64,000 bases of DNA from Alphaproteobacteria bacterium (GTDB taxonomy: Bacteria; Pseudomonadota; Alphaproteobacteria; MPNO01; UBA830): NCBI GenBank assembly GCA_965243135.1, contig OZ251539.1, positions 1,952,001-2,016,000 of the forward strand, in the 5' to 3' direction. Positions 10,579 through 21,408 of this stretch are shown here, piece after piece (the stretch's first letter is position 1; each line of letters opens with the position of its first letter). The translations under genes and the position numbers were made by a program. The notes below the pieces were generated by a model. That model searched no databases. It was given only the letters and a program-made list of their open reading frames with translations, and was not told the origin of the DNA.

Positions 10579-13500
10579 TCAGAAGCGCAACGCGAAGCTG
10601 ACGCCGCCATCGAACTCGCCGTTGCCGCTGCCGCGCGCCGCGTATCCGGCGGCGGCCCGCAGCGCGTAGCGCCCGTCCTCCCAGCTGCGCGAGCCGCCGA
10701 TCCCGAGGCGGGCCCCGGTCTTCCGCGCCTCGGTCGTCTTCAGCGTCGCGTCCGCGATCCTCGTCGCCCGCTCGTCCGAGAACTCGTGCGTCGCCTCCAC
10801 CGAGCCGGACAGCCGCAGGCCGTCCTCCATCCGCGCTTCGACCCGCGCGCCGACGCGGCCCATGAGGCTCCGCGCGTCGTCCAGCGACACCCGCTTCCGC
10901 GCGTCTCCGTTGATCGTTTCCGCGAAGTCGAGCGACACGTCCGACCACGCCAGGCCGACGGCGGGCGTCACCGCAAGCCCGTCGCCCACCTCCGTCCGCC
11001 GCCCGACCTCGAGGCCCATGGCGAAGCCCCGGCCGTCCGCGCTGTCCGTCAGCACTCTCCCGGAGGTCAGCTTGACGTCGTACCAGGTCGCCATCGCCTG
11101 CGCGTCCACGTGGAAGCCGTCGCCGAGGAACGCCGTGCCGTGCACGCCCGCGCCGACCCCCGACAGCTCCATCTCGCCGCCGGTCCCCGACATCTCCGCC
11201 GACCCCTGCAGCCCGCGCACCGACACGCCGAACCGCCCGTCGCCGTCCATCGCGAGGTCCATCCCCGCCTGCACGCCGTACCGGCGGTAGTCGAAGGCCG
11301 CGTCGGTCTTCGCCTTCCACTCGCCGGACGCGCCGTCGATCCGCGCCCAGCCGCCGTTGCCGTCCCGCGCCGCCGCCATGCGCTCCCCGTAGGTCGGCAG
11401 CCCGTTCATCGCAAGCAGCGCCGACGGCAGCGCCTCGTAGAGGCGGCAGCGCTCCATCCCGCAATCGGAATCGAAGGAAAGGGGCGGGCCGTCGCCGCGG
11501 ACAGGCATCACGTTCTCTTCTTTGGGAGGCGTCGCGCATTCGCCGCTCTCGTCAAGCTCCCGCCCTCGGCCGCAGGGTTCCAGGCTAGCGTACGACTCAT
11601 GCCGTTCGGGTTCCGCCACGCCGCTGGTTTCGTTGAGAGGCGCGGGCAGATAGTAACCGGTCTCGCGACCGCTGTCCCGATCCGTCTCGGCGACCCGGAC
11701 GGCGACTCCTTGCGCGCCGCCACGTTCGCTGACGACGTCGCCCCCGACGGCGCCCAGCCTCTCCGCCGCGTCGTCGGTGCCCTCCCGCGTGAGGCGGCCT
11801 TCGCCGTCGGCGAAGTCGGGATCCTGGCGCACGGTCACCACGGTCTCGCCGTTGGCTCTGAGCGAACGCGTCGCGCCGTTGGCCGCTATCCGGCCCTTCG
11901 GACCGACGGTGACGCTGCCGCCGCCGTCCAGATCGACCGCCGCCTCCGCGCCTTCACTGCCCGTCACCGTGCCGTCGATGCGGATCACCGACCGCCCGGG
12001 ATCGTTGACCAGAATCGCGGGCTGTCCGGCACCGGCGAACACCATGCCCGTCGCGCCGACCGTCAGCGTGCCGCCGCCCACGAGGTGCACGGCCGCGTCC
12101 GCGCCGCCCGTCACCATGCCGTTCACGGTGACGCTCTGCTTCAGGATTTCGTCGTCGCCCGTTCCCATGGCGCCGGCGTTGGCGACCCAGATGCCGGCCC
12201 TGTCGCCCTCAACGGTCGCGCCCGCGGCCACGGTGACGTCGATGGCGCCGTTGTTGACGTGATGCGTCGCGTAGTAGGCGCGAATGCCGTCGCCGCGCGA
12301 ATCGATGCTCCCCCCGGTCATGTTGACCCGGATGTCGCCGACGTTGTAGCGGTCGAGCAGAGCCCTCACCGCCGTCTTGTAATCGTCGGAAAAGCCCGCA
12401 TCCGCGTCATCGAGCGCGGTGGTAAGACCGGCGCGGTCGTCCATCGCCAGCGCCTTCAGCACCCTCTTCTCCTTGTCCGAGAGGCCCAATCTCATGACGT
12501 TGCGCAGCAGGGTTCTGGCTTCGTCGGTGCCCGCGCTCAGATACGCCGCGATCTCCTCCGCGCTGTACTCGTTGTCGTCGTTGTCGTCGATGTCGTCGAT
12601 GGCCGCGGCGAGCTCGCTCCTCTCTCCGACCGCGACGTCGTCGTTCTCGAGGACCGCCTTGAACTGCGCCACGACGGCGTCCGACCGCGCCTTGAGGGCC
12701 GCGTCGGTCGAACCGGTATCGAACGCCATGGCCCGCGCCGCGTCGTCCGCGAGCTCGCCCGGGTCGTCGCCCGCCGCCACTTTCCGCGTCATCTCGCCCC
12801 AAGACATGACCTGCGCCTCGATGCCCGCCGCCGAGCCGTAGCGGATGGTCTTTTCGGTCTCCACCTCCCGATGGGTGGTGAGCGCGCTGGCGGCGTTCTC
12901 CGCCACGAACCTGCCCTCGTCGGTCGGAGCGACCATGGCTGTCGTCCCGTGCGAGAACGTTCCGCTCCAGGTGACGTCGATCAGCGGCTGGGCCGACGCC
13001 GCCCGCGGCGTCACCGTCTCGGCGGTGGTCCCGTGCGCCACCCGAACGTAGACGCCCGTGCGGCCCATGATCGTCCCGCCCTGGTCGATATCGACCTGGT
13101 TGGCGGGCGCGTCGCCGAGGGGCGCGAAAAGCCCCGCGGCGTGCTTCGAGATCAGCGTCGCGCCCGCGGCGATGGCGACGGTGACGTCGCCCGTGCCCCG
13201 GTTCCACGCATGGATGGCGGGCTTGCTCTGGCCCATGGACTGGACCGTTCCGCCCTCCGCATTGACCGTCACGGTGCTGGCGTCGCCAGCCTTGTTCGCG
13301 GCGAAGATGCCGGGCTGGGTCATGCTCAGCACGGTCCCGCCGGTGTTGGCGACCGTGACGGCGCCCGAGCCCGACCTGTCGACGCGGATGGGGTGCTCCG
13401 CCGTGACGTCGCCGCCATTGGAGATCGTGACCTCGCCCGTGTGGTTGGCGTTGTCCCTCACCAAGATGCCGTTGTTTTCCGCGGTGATCGAGCCGCCGGT

Positions 13501-15480
13501 GGTCGTGATGGAGATGTCGCCCGAGTTCCCCGCGTGCGACGCCAAGATGCCGTAGTCTTCTCGAAAGTCTGTCACGGTGATCGAGCCGCCGGTGGTCGTG
13601 ATGGAGATGCTGCCCGAGTTCCCCGCGTGCGACGCCCAGATGCCGCGTCTGTTAGCGAAGATCGAGCTGTCGGTGGTCGTGATGGAAATGTCGCCCCCAT
13701 CCCCCGACTTGTCGACTCGGATGCCGCGCTCGTGCCGCTGGCCGGCCGGCCCGAACAACCCGCCCGCCTCGCCGATGTCGCCGCTGCTGGAGACCGTGAC
13801 GTTCCCGGTTCCGCTGTCGTCGACCAGGATGCCGTCTTGGTTGGCTGGGTTGTTGTTCCTCTTGATGTCGCCGCTGTTGACGATCGAGATGGCCCCGGTG
13901 CCGGTGGCCGCCTGGCGCCGGACCCAGATGCCAATCGCTGGGCCGGTGAGATCCGCCGCGTTGGTGATGGTGACGCCGCCCATCATGTTCGCCGACGGAA
14001 TGTTGGCGAAGATGACGTGCTGGGCCGTGGAGGTCAGCGTGACGCCTTCGGAGACTTCGAATATGACGTCGCCGGCCTGGGAGTGCGACGCCTCCAGGAC
14101 CGTGTCGCGCGACTGGACCGATCCGCCCGTGACCATGATCCTGATGTCGCCCTCGTTTCTGTCGGCGACGTCGTCGGCGTCGGCGATGTTCGCTTTGATG
14201 CCGCCGGCGGTGGAGACCACGATGTCGCCGGCCGAATGGGTGATGGAGATGCCGACGGCGCTCCCGGCGATGTTCTTGTTCCTCACGTTGACGTTGATGC
14301 CGAGGCCGGTCGACGTGATGTCGCCGCTGTTGTCCACCGTGACCACCTTGGTCGCGGGGTCGACGAGGGTTCCATGTTCGAACAGGTAGATGCCGAACGA
14401 GCTGGCCGCGGTGGCGGTGAGGGCGCCGCTGTTGGTGATCGAGGTGGTGCCCCCTCTGCCTCCGTAATTGAGATAGATCGCGTGGCCCGCCGACGCGACG
14501 GCGGCGGTATTGGTGATCGTGGCGTCGCCCGTGGCGGTGCCGGCGCGATTATTGTAGTTGAGATAGATGCCGTACCCGCCGGTGGCGCCCGAGCCGTAGG
14601 TGATGGCGCCTCTGTTGGTGATCGTGGCGTCGCCATGCCCGCGATCGTAGTCCAGCTCGATGGCGCCCTGGTTCCCCGTTCCGGCGTTCTTCGTGAGGAC
14701 GCCGCTGTTGGTGATCGCGGCGTCGCCGGTGGTGGTCGACGCGGTGTTGCCGCCGCTGCCGGTCGTGTCGCCGGCGAAGTAACGCAACTGGATGACCCGC
14801 GTTCCCGCCGTGATGGCGCCGGTGTTGGTGATGGTCGTGGCGGCAGTGGTGTCGGCGCTGTCTCCCCTGTTGACGTAGATGCCCGCGCTCACCGAATGGA
14901 TCGCGCCATGGTTGGTGAACGTGGCCGCGCCGGTGCCGAGCCATACGTTGGCGCGGATGCCGTGGCTGCGCATCGGGGCGCTCGACGTCCCGATGGTCAC
15001 GCCGGCGTTGACGGTCAGCGTCGTCGTGGACGCGCCCGTGCGCTGCTGGTTGACGTAGATGCCGTTGCCGGCGTCGCCGGTGTCCGTGTTGGTCGCGTGC
15101 CGAGCGATGGCCACCTGGTTGGCGGTGGCGCCGGCGCCGCCGACCGTGAGCGCGAGGCCGCCGGCGGCGGCGCCGTCGCTGTCCAGGGTGATGGCGTTCT
15201 TCCTTTCGTTGCCGGAGCCGGCCGCGGCGGTGACCGCCCACGGCGTCGAGCCGCCCGGCACGACGACCGTGGCGACGTTGTTCGCGCCGGGCGCCGCATT
15301 GACGTACAGGATGCCGCTGCCGAAGGTGCCGCTGCCGCCGCCGTGGGTCGCGGTGCAGGTGGCGGTCTGCGCCGTGCTGGAGATCGTCCCGCATTCGTTG
15401 TCCGCCCGCGCCGCCTCCGGCGCGAGGAGAAGAAGAAAAGGTACCGCCGCGCAGGCGGCGCGCTTGACGAAGCGTTTCAT
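10579..15480 (-). CDS. Autotransporter adhesin-like protein 2 (~1633 aa)
   Basis: Paralogue of 5511-10280 with near-identical N-terminus; barrel ends VSFALRF. Confidence 0.85.
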   Translation of the reverse strand: MKRFVKRAACAAVPFLLLLAPEAARADNECGTISSTAQTATCTATHGGGSGTFGSGILYVNAAPGANNVATVVVPGGSTPWAVTAAAGSGNERKNAITLDSDGAAAGGLALTVGGAGATANQVAIARHATNTDTGDAGNGIYVNQQRTGASTTTLTVNAGVTIGTSSAPMRSHGIRANVWLGTGAATFTNHGAIHSVSAGIYVNRGDSADTTAATTITNTGAITAGTRVIQLRYFAGDTTGSGGNTASTTTGDAAITNSGVLTKNAGTGNQGAIELDYDRGHGDATITNRGAITYGSGATGGYGIYLNYNNRAGTATGDATITNTAAVASAGHAIYLNYGGRGGTTSITNSGALTATAASSFGIYLFEHGTLVDPATKVVTVDNSGDITSTGLGINVNVRNKNIAGSAVGISITHSAGDIVVSTAGGIKANIADADDVADRNEGDIRIMVTGGSVQSRDTVLEASHSQAGDVIFEVSEGVTLTSTAQHVIFANIPSANMMGGVTITNAADLTGPAIGIWVRRQAATGTGAISIVNSGDIKRNNNPANQDGILVDDSGTGNVTVSSSGDIGEAGGLFGPAGQRHERGIRVDKSGDGGDISITTTDSSIFANRRGIWASHAGNSGSISITTTGGSITVTDFREDYGILASHAGNSGDISITTTGGSITAENNGILVRDNANHTGEVTISNGGDVTAEHPIRVDRSGSGAVTVANTGGTVLSMTQPGIFAANKAGDASTVTVNAEGGTVQSMGQSKPAIHAWNRGTGDVTVAIAAGATLISKHAAGLFAPLGDAPANQVDIDQGGTIMGRTGVYVRVAHGTTAETVTPRAASAQPLIDVTWSGTFSHGTTAMVAPTDEGRFVAENAASALTTHREVETEKTIRYGSAAGIEAQVMSWGEMTRKVAAGDDPGELADDAARAMAFDTGSTDAALKARSDAVVAQFKAVLENDDVAVGERSELAAAIDDIDDNDDNEYSAEEIAAYLSAGTDEARTLLRNVMRLGLSDKEKRVLKALAMDDRAGLTTALDDADAGFSDDYKTAVRALLDRYNVGDIRVNMTGGSIDSRGDGIRAYYATHHVNNGAIDVTVAAGATVEGDRAGIWVANAGAMGTGDDEILKQSVTVNGMVTGGADAAVHLVGGGTLTVGATGMVFAGAGQPAILVNDPGRSVIRIDGTVTGSEGAEAAVDLDGGGSVTVGPKGRIAANGATRSLRANGETVVTVRQDPDFADGEGRLTREGTDDAAERLGAVGGDVVSERGGAQGVAVRVAETDRDSGRETGYYLPAPLNETSGVAEPERHESYASLEPCGRGRELDESGECATPPKEENVMPVRGDGPPLSFDSDCGMERCRLYEALPSALLAMNGLPTYGERMAAARDGNGGWARIDGASGEWKAKTDAAFDYRRYGVQAGMDLAMDGDGRFGVSVRGLQGSAEMSGTGGEMELSGVGAGVHGTAFLGDGFHVDAQAMATWYDVKLTSGRVLTDSADGRGFAMGLEVGRRTEVGDGLAVTPAVGLAWSDVSLDFAETINGDARKRVSLDDARSLMGRVGARVEARMEDGLRLSGSVEATHEFSDERATRIADATLKTTEARKTGARLGIGGSRSWEDGRYALRAAAGYAARGSGNGEFDGGVSFALRF
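13485..13700 (-). repeat. Internal ~27-30 aa tandem repeat in autotransporter 2
   Basis: (D/S)ISITTT(G/D)(G/S)SI three times, two followed by GI(W/L)ASHAGNSG. Confidence 0.7.
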
Positions 15481-17126
15481 GGCAAAAACTCCCTGATTCG
15501 CCCCCATCCGCAAGCGCGAAACGCAGGGAAGGCAAGGCAATTAGGCACGTCGACGGGCCGCAACATACACGCGCTCCCATGCCCGCGCAAGCCCCAATTT
15601 CCAGCGCGCTTCCCGGCGGCGCCCCGGCCGCCTCGAACGAACCCGCCCGGGCGCTCCGCGCCGCCTCCCGGCGAGCGCCGAAAACCGGCGCCCGTCCTCC
15701 CGGCTGCGCGCGCCCCCGAATTTCGGTCCCCGGCTTTCCGCGCCTCGGCCGTCTCCAACGTCGCGTCCGTGCCCCTCGCCATCCGCTCGTCCGAAAAGTC
15801 GCGCGCAGGCGCGGCCACATGAGGCTCGGCGCGCCGCCCGCCGAAACCCGCTCCCGCGCCTGTCCGTTGATCGTTTCCGCGAAGTCGAGCGACGCCTCCG
15901 ACCGCGCCAGGCCGATGGCGGGTGTCGCCGCAAGCCCGCCGCCCGCCTCCGTCCGGCCTCGAGGCCCATGGCGAAGCCCCGGCCGTCCGCGCCGTCCGTC
16001 AAAGCCTCGTTCCGGCCGGAGGTCAGCTTGACGTCGTACCGGGTCGCCTGCGCGTCCATTATGGAAGTTGTCGCCGAGGAACGCCATCCCGTGCACGCCC
16101 GCGTCGACCCCCGACAGCTCCATCTCGCTGCCGGAACCCGACATCTCCGCCGAACCCTGCAGCCCGCGCGACGACACGCCGAACCGCCCGTCGCCGTTCG
16201 TCGCGAGATCCGTCCCCGCCCGTGCGCCATACTGGCGGTTTGCGCGTAGTGACGGCCAACCCCTACCGCTCCGTCCCCGCCCGCACGCCGTACCGGCGGT
16301 AGTCGAAGGCCGCGTCCGGTCTTCGCTTTCCGCCCGCCGCGCCCGGCCGCCGTTGCCGTCCCGCGCCACCGACATGCCCTCCCCGCAGGTCGGCAGCCCG
16401 TTCATCGTCGACAACGCCGACGGCAGCGCCTCGCAGAGGCGGCGGCGCTCCGTCCCCGCTTCGCAATCCTCGGAATCGAAGGAAAGGCCCGGGCCGTCGC
16501 CGCTGTGAGGCGTCGCGTCGTCGCCGCCATTCTCGCGCGGCGTCGCCGTTCTTGAGCGCCCGCCCCTCGCGGCAGGCTTCCAGGCTTGCATACGGGGCAT
16601 TCTGTCCGGGGTTCGCCGCGCCGGCGCCGGAAGGCGCGGGCGCGGACGGAAAACAGCCGATCTCGCGACCGCTGTCCCGTCTCGGAGACCCGGACGACGA
16701 CTCCTTGCGCGCCAAGTCCGCTGACGACGGCACCCCCGACGGCACCCAAGCTCTCCGCCGCGTCCGTCCCGCCCGTCGCTGTGCCGTTCACCGCCACGGC
16801 CTGCTGTCGTAGGCGGTCCCGCCCCGCTCCAGGGCTGCGTTCGCCGCGTAGACGCCGGCGCCGGTCGCGGGCGTCCCCGCGGCCTGACGGCCCCGTTGTT
16901 GGCGTCGCGTAGCAGGGCCGTCGTCGCGGGAGGAGCCTCCGGTCACGGCGATGTTGCCCGGGTTGTAGCGGTTCGGCAGCGCCCGCGCCGCTGTCTTGCA
17001 GTCGTCGGAGAACGCCGCGTCCGCGTCGTCCAGTGCGGCGTCGAGGCCGGCGTCGTCGCCCGTCGCCAGCGCCTTCAAAACCGCCTCCTCCGCCTCGGAG
17101 AAGGTGCTCGTCGGAATTTGCGGCAG

Positions 17127-18763
17127 CAGAAATTCCCGCTAACTCGTAGTGGTCCTGCTAAATCAGATGCAAAGGACTCTCTCGACAGGAGGCACGACCG
17201 TCAGGACAGACGTCTAACGTTCGGCTTTATGGCCGAGCTTTCGTTGGTTATGTTTCCCCCTGAAGAACCTGCTACACACTTCGAAAATTTATTATGTCAG
17301 GAAGTATCGTAAGGTTCCAAAATCGGTTTCTTATATCCGAACGCTATCGCACGATAAAGCGTTTCCCAGCTTGGTAGTGAAAAGTTGAAGAACATAGCCC
17401 TCAACTTCTCCCACAAGTAGATGGAACGCTCGGCTTTCTTCCGTGCTCTTTGAAACAGATTGCAACATCTCTGCTGAATCTGATCGATCAGGAAAGCCAG
17501 CATCATCAAGTTAGCAAAGACATTCGACAGATGCTTGTAACCATGACCGAAGTTGTGTTCGAAGTTGTAACCTTGGTTCTTCAGGGTGTTGAAGGTCTCG
17601 TTTTCGATACGCCAACGCGCACGTCCGGCGCGCATTATCTCCATCAGGTTGTGATCTCCTACTGGCAGATCCGTAACCCAAGAGAAGCGTTGCTTTCTGC
17701 CGTCGGGATGCTTTTCCCAGTATTCAACAAAGTTGACTTCAAGGTCGAAATTCGCATCGTTGAGTGGTGCCTTGTTAAGATATCTGAATTCGTGCATTAT
17801 ACCTTCTTTATCGGAGAATTCAGCACGTTTCACAGATCGTGACCTGTCCACTAAATCAAACAAAAATTTATGATCTCCCGGCTTCGCGCCCAGTATGAAG
17901 CGAAGGTTCAACTCCTTGAGATGCTTGACATGCGGGCCGTTCGAGGCAAGTCCGTCTTCTACCACTATCAATTTCAAAAACGGATGCTCCCGCCGCACAT
18001 CGCGCAACAGTCGTGTCGCTGCGTTGCGTTCGCAATCGTTTTTCTTCTTTCCATCTTTCTTGGTAATCGGCTCCGGTGCAAGAGGGAAAACTTCCTTTTG
18101 GCGCACGAGAACTGCCCCCAGCATCTGGTGGTAGTACGTGATTGTTCCGTTCCTGTGATGCTTTTCACAGCAGCTTTTACAGTGCACCTTGTGAGATGAA
18201 AAATATCCCGTTCCGTCAACGGATAAAAGATAATGCCCGCCTAGACAGGTGTAACCTTCCAGACCCTTTCCACGCTGAAGCAACTGGAACATCTTCGTGA
18301 AAGCGGGACGTAAACTACGGGGGTCCACGTCGTCCAGACGCTCGCGCAACCTGCTGTCGGAAGGCGCTCTCTCTATCCCGTACAACGTCGCAAGATTATT
18401 GCGAACCGTTTCATCAAAACGTGCGTCGCGATCAAACTTTAAAAGAGATTTGTACTTCAAACCAAATACCGCAATCCCCGACATCAGGCAGTCCGAAAGA
18501 GCGACGCCTCGACTCGCCGTCAGATCCTCAATGCCGTCAAAAACCTCCCGGAGCGCCTTCAGCAATCCCGGAGCGCTGAGCGTCTTGCGCATGCCTGGCA
18601 TTCTGGCCATTTTGGTACAATCCCGCCTCGCCTTCGGACCACTTTCCAGAGAAAGATGCTCCGCTCGAAGGCAAATAGCCCCGAATCACCTCGAAAAGTC
18701 TACGAAAAATTTTTTTCGGACTCCATATTTTCCACGGGTTTCGAGCCTTAGCGGGAATTGCTG
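17127..18763 (-). mobile_element. ISNCY/IS4-superfamily insertion sequence, 1637 bp
   Basis: 16-bp TIR CAG(A/C)AATTCCCGCTAA; 9-bp TSD TTGCGGCAG (17118-26, 18764-72); empty site at ~37880-37900. Confidence 0.92.
17297..18610 (-). CDS. DDE transposase (ISNCY/IS4-like)
   Basis: SVDGTG, VEDGL and RARWRIENETFNTLK motifs; lower GC than the flanks. Confidence 0.9.
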   Translation of the reverse strand: MARMPGMRKTLSAPGLLKALREVFDGIEDLTASRGVALSDCLMSGIAVFGLKYKSLLKFDRDARFDETVRNNLATLYGIERAPSDSRLRERLDDVDPRSLRPAFTKMFQLLQRGKGLEGYTCLGGHYLLSVDGTGYFSSHKVHCKSCCEKHHRNGTITYYHQMLGAVLVRQKEVFPLAPEPITKKDGKKKNDCERNAATRLLRDVRREHPFLKLIVVEDGLASNGPHVKHLKELNLRFILGAKPGDHKFLFDLVDRSRSVKRAEFSDKEGIMHEFRYLNKAPLNDANFDLEVNFVEYWEKHPDGRKQRFSWVTDLPVGDHNLMEIMRAGRARWRIENETFNTLKNQGYNFEHNFGHGYKHLSNVFANLMMLAFLIDQIQQRCCNLFQRARKKAERSIYLWEKLRAMFFNFSLPSWETLYRAIAFGYKKPILEPYDTS

Positions 18764-18994
18764 TTGCGGCAGCACGGCTCTGCAGGCGTTGTCGAGCGCG
18801 CTGCGCCTCGTCGCGGCTCGCCTTCCGTGCCGTCGGTGTCGGCGATGACGGCGATGACGGCGATGACCGCGCTCGCGGTCCTCGTCCTCCAGCGCCGCCC
18901 TGAATCGCGCCGCGAGGGCGTCCCCCTGCGCCTTGACGCTCGCAAGAGAGCCGTCGGCGAACGTGGCTGCTGACCCAACCTCTATGTAATTTTT

Positions 18995-19488
18995 GCTGTG
19001 TAACTACCCCCGAACTGCCGGCCGCGCGAGACCGTTCCGCGGGATTTTTTCGCGGCGGCGCTCGCCGTTCGAGAGGAGCGTGACGCTGAGGACTACCCCG
19101 TATAGCCCTGTTGTGAGCAGTCACGATAATCGGCAGTTTCAGGTGCAAAATAATCGAGGGCGTCTGATCCACGCCTGGAAGGATGGCGTTTCCGTTTCCT
19201 CTCACGCCTGAGGGAAATCGGGCCAGAAAATACTGTTTTCTTTCAGCATGGTTCTGCAGCACCATGGTTTGGCCCTGAAGGCAACCAGTGAACTCGCAGG
19301 ATGGCCGCTGCCAGAACCTATCGTATTTTGATCGAATTCTCCAAATGTTTCCATCGATTATCATGTCCGTGCACACCCTGTCTTCGCGCCGCGACGCCCG
19401 AACGCGGAACGGTTATGTCGGCGAGCGGCGCGAGGGCGGGAGAACCACCCTCGAAGTTACATGCTACGGGGCGAGCAGGCCATGAGCG
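18995..19488 (-). mobile_element. IS110-derived MITE copy 1, interrupted
   Basis: Ends match the IS110 ends at 33301 and 34982. Confidence 0.8.
19112..19375. mobile_element. 264-bp TGT...ACA MITE
   Basis: 6-bp TSD CCCTGT; imperfect 21-bp TIR ending GATAATCG; decayed copies at ~47235-47365 and ~50412-50540. Confidence 0.8.
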
Positions 19489-19944
19489 TTTAACCGGGCA
19501 GCACTGCGCCCCGACGTCTTCGTCCGCGTTACGCGCCCGGTAGATGCTCGCGAAAGAGTCGCTCCACGCGCGTGCGCGGCTCAATGAAGCGGCGCGGGCG
19601 CGGTGGCCATGGTTCGACGACTTGTCCCATGGCGCGAACCGGGAGCCGCCGCCGCGCGATTGGAGAACTATTCGCAATTTTCGTCGATTATCTGAGAGAA
19701 CGATCTGCGCGGGCCGCGCTCCAGTCTTCGTAAGCGTTCGGTCGTGGGGTGGCGACATTGAAGCCCTGCCTTCAGGCAGGGGCTTCAGCCAGACCTCCTT
19801 GATCGGGAGAACGCGTTCGTTTCGGGTACTGCCGCGGTCTGCGCCGCCCCTCTGGTTGGCGGCCCGGTAGCAGGTTCCTCGCGAAATCTCGAAGAGTAAG
19901 CGTTCGGGCCGAGAAGCGGGCTGTCGAGCCTGGCGAATCGCCTA

Positions 19945-21153
19945 GTGCATTGTCGTAATAAAAAGATAGACATAGTCCACTATATTTTCTATTGAGTGTC
20001 TTGATACAGGCTACAGAAAGGCACTCCCATGTACAAGAAGTACATCGTCCGGCTGACGGCTGAGGAACGCGACACTTGCCACGAGACCATCCGCAGGCTG
20101 AAGGGGAGCAGCGAGAGGGTCCGCCGCGCCCAGATTCTGCTGAAGGCGGACGCCGACGGGCCGGCGTGGACGGACCGGAAGATCGCGGAGGCGTTTTCGT
20201 GCCGGACGAAGACGGTCGAGAATGTCCGCCAGAATTTCGTCGAGGGGGGTTTCGAGCGAGCCCTGGAACGGAAGCGGCGGGAGACGCCGCCGGTGCCGAA
20301 GATCCTCGACGGCGAGGCGGAGGCCAGGGTTATCGCTCTGTACCAGGGGCAGCCTCCGAAGGGGTACGCCAACTGGTCGTTGCGGTTGCTGGCAGGTGGT
20401 GGAACTGGGGATCGTGGACGCGATCAGCCACGAAACGGTGAGGCGGACGCTAAAAAAAACGGCTTCACCTGCAAGAGGAAAGTCCGGTACTGGGTAGCCC
20501 GACGCCGACGCGGAGTTCGTCGCGCGCCAAGTGCTTGAAATTTATGGAAAACCTTACGACCCCGAGCGTCCGGTGGTCTGCATGGACGAGCAACCCGTGC
20601 AGCTCATCAAGGAAACGCGCGTGCCGATTCCCGCCACCAAGGATCATCCGCGACGCGTCGACTACGAGTACGAACGGGCGGGCACCGCGTCGATCTTCAT
20701 GTTCTGCGAGGCCCTGTCCTCATGGCGCCGGGCGACGGCCCGCAAGCGCCGGACGAAAGTAGACTGGGCCGAGGAAGTTGCCGACCTTCTGGAGGGCCGT
20801 TACGCAGACTGCGAGAAGATCACCTGCGACAACCTCAACACCCACACGCAGGGGGCTTTCTACGAGGCGTTCGAACCCGCGCGGGCGCGGGAACTGGTCA
20901 AGCGAATCGAGTTCTGCTACACGCCGAAGCACGGGAGCTGGCTGAACATCGCGGAGAACGAACTCAGCTCCATGACCCGGCAGTGCCTGCGCCACCGTCG
21001 GCTCGGCGACATCGAAACCCTCCAGGCCGAAATCTCGGCGTGGGCCGTCGACGTCAACGAGCGGCAGCGGGGCGTGGACTGGCAAATGAAAGTCGACGAT
21101 GCCCGTTGCAAGTTGAAGTCGGTTTATCCTAAGATTGTATTGTGATGAAGCAC
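19945..21153 (+). mobile_element. IS630-family element
   Basis: TA duplication at 19943-44 and 21154-55; HTH ORF from 20029 and DDE ORF 20531-21145 (CMDEQP, CDNLNTH, PKHGSWLNIAE); A-run slippery site ~20452. Confidence 0.88.
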
Positions 21154-21174
21154 TAGGCTTGGACACTCTTCTTT

Positions 21175-21408
21175 GCTGTGTAACTACCCCCGAGCTGCCG
21201 GCCGCACAAAACCGTTCCGCGAATCGAAGGTTTTTCGCGGCGGCGCTCGCCGTTCGAGAGGAGCGTGACGCTGAGGGCTGCCCCGTATAGCCCTGTCTTC
21301 GCGTCGCGACGCCCGAACGCGGAACGGTTATGTCGGCGAGCGGCGCGAGGCCGGGAGAACCACCCCCAAGTTACATGCTACGGGGCGAGCGGGCTCCGAT
21401 CATGAGCG
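21175..21408 (-). mobile_element. IS110-derived MITE copy 2 (complete, 234 bp)
   Basis: Flanked by TTT on both sides; empty site ctcttcttttgttc at ~54269-54282. Confidence 0.85.

Larger units (their letters stand above)
15591..18960 (-). pseudogene. Decayed third autotransporter, interrupted by an IS
   Basis: Frameshifted fragments LCEALPSALSTMNGLPT, GLQGSAEMSGSG, ALATGDDAGLDAALDDAD. Confidence 0.8.

Noticed and set aside
4596-15822. Very long plus-strand ORFs (2001 aa and 1787 aa)
   Set aside because: Antisense shadows of the autotransporter and PPIase genes in high-GC DNA; no motifs
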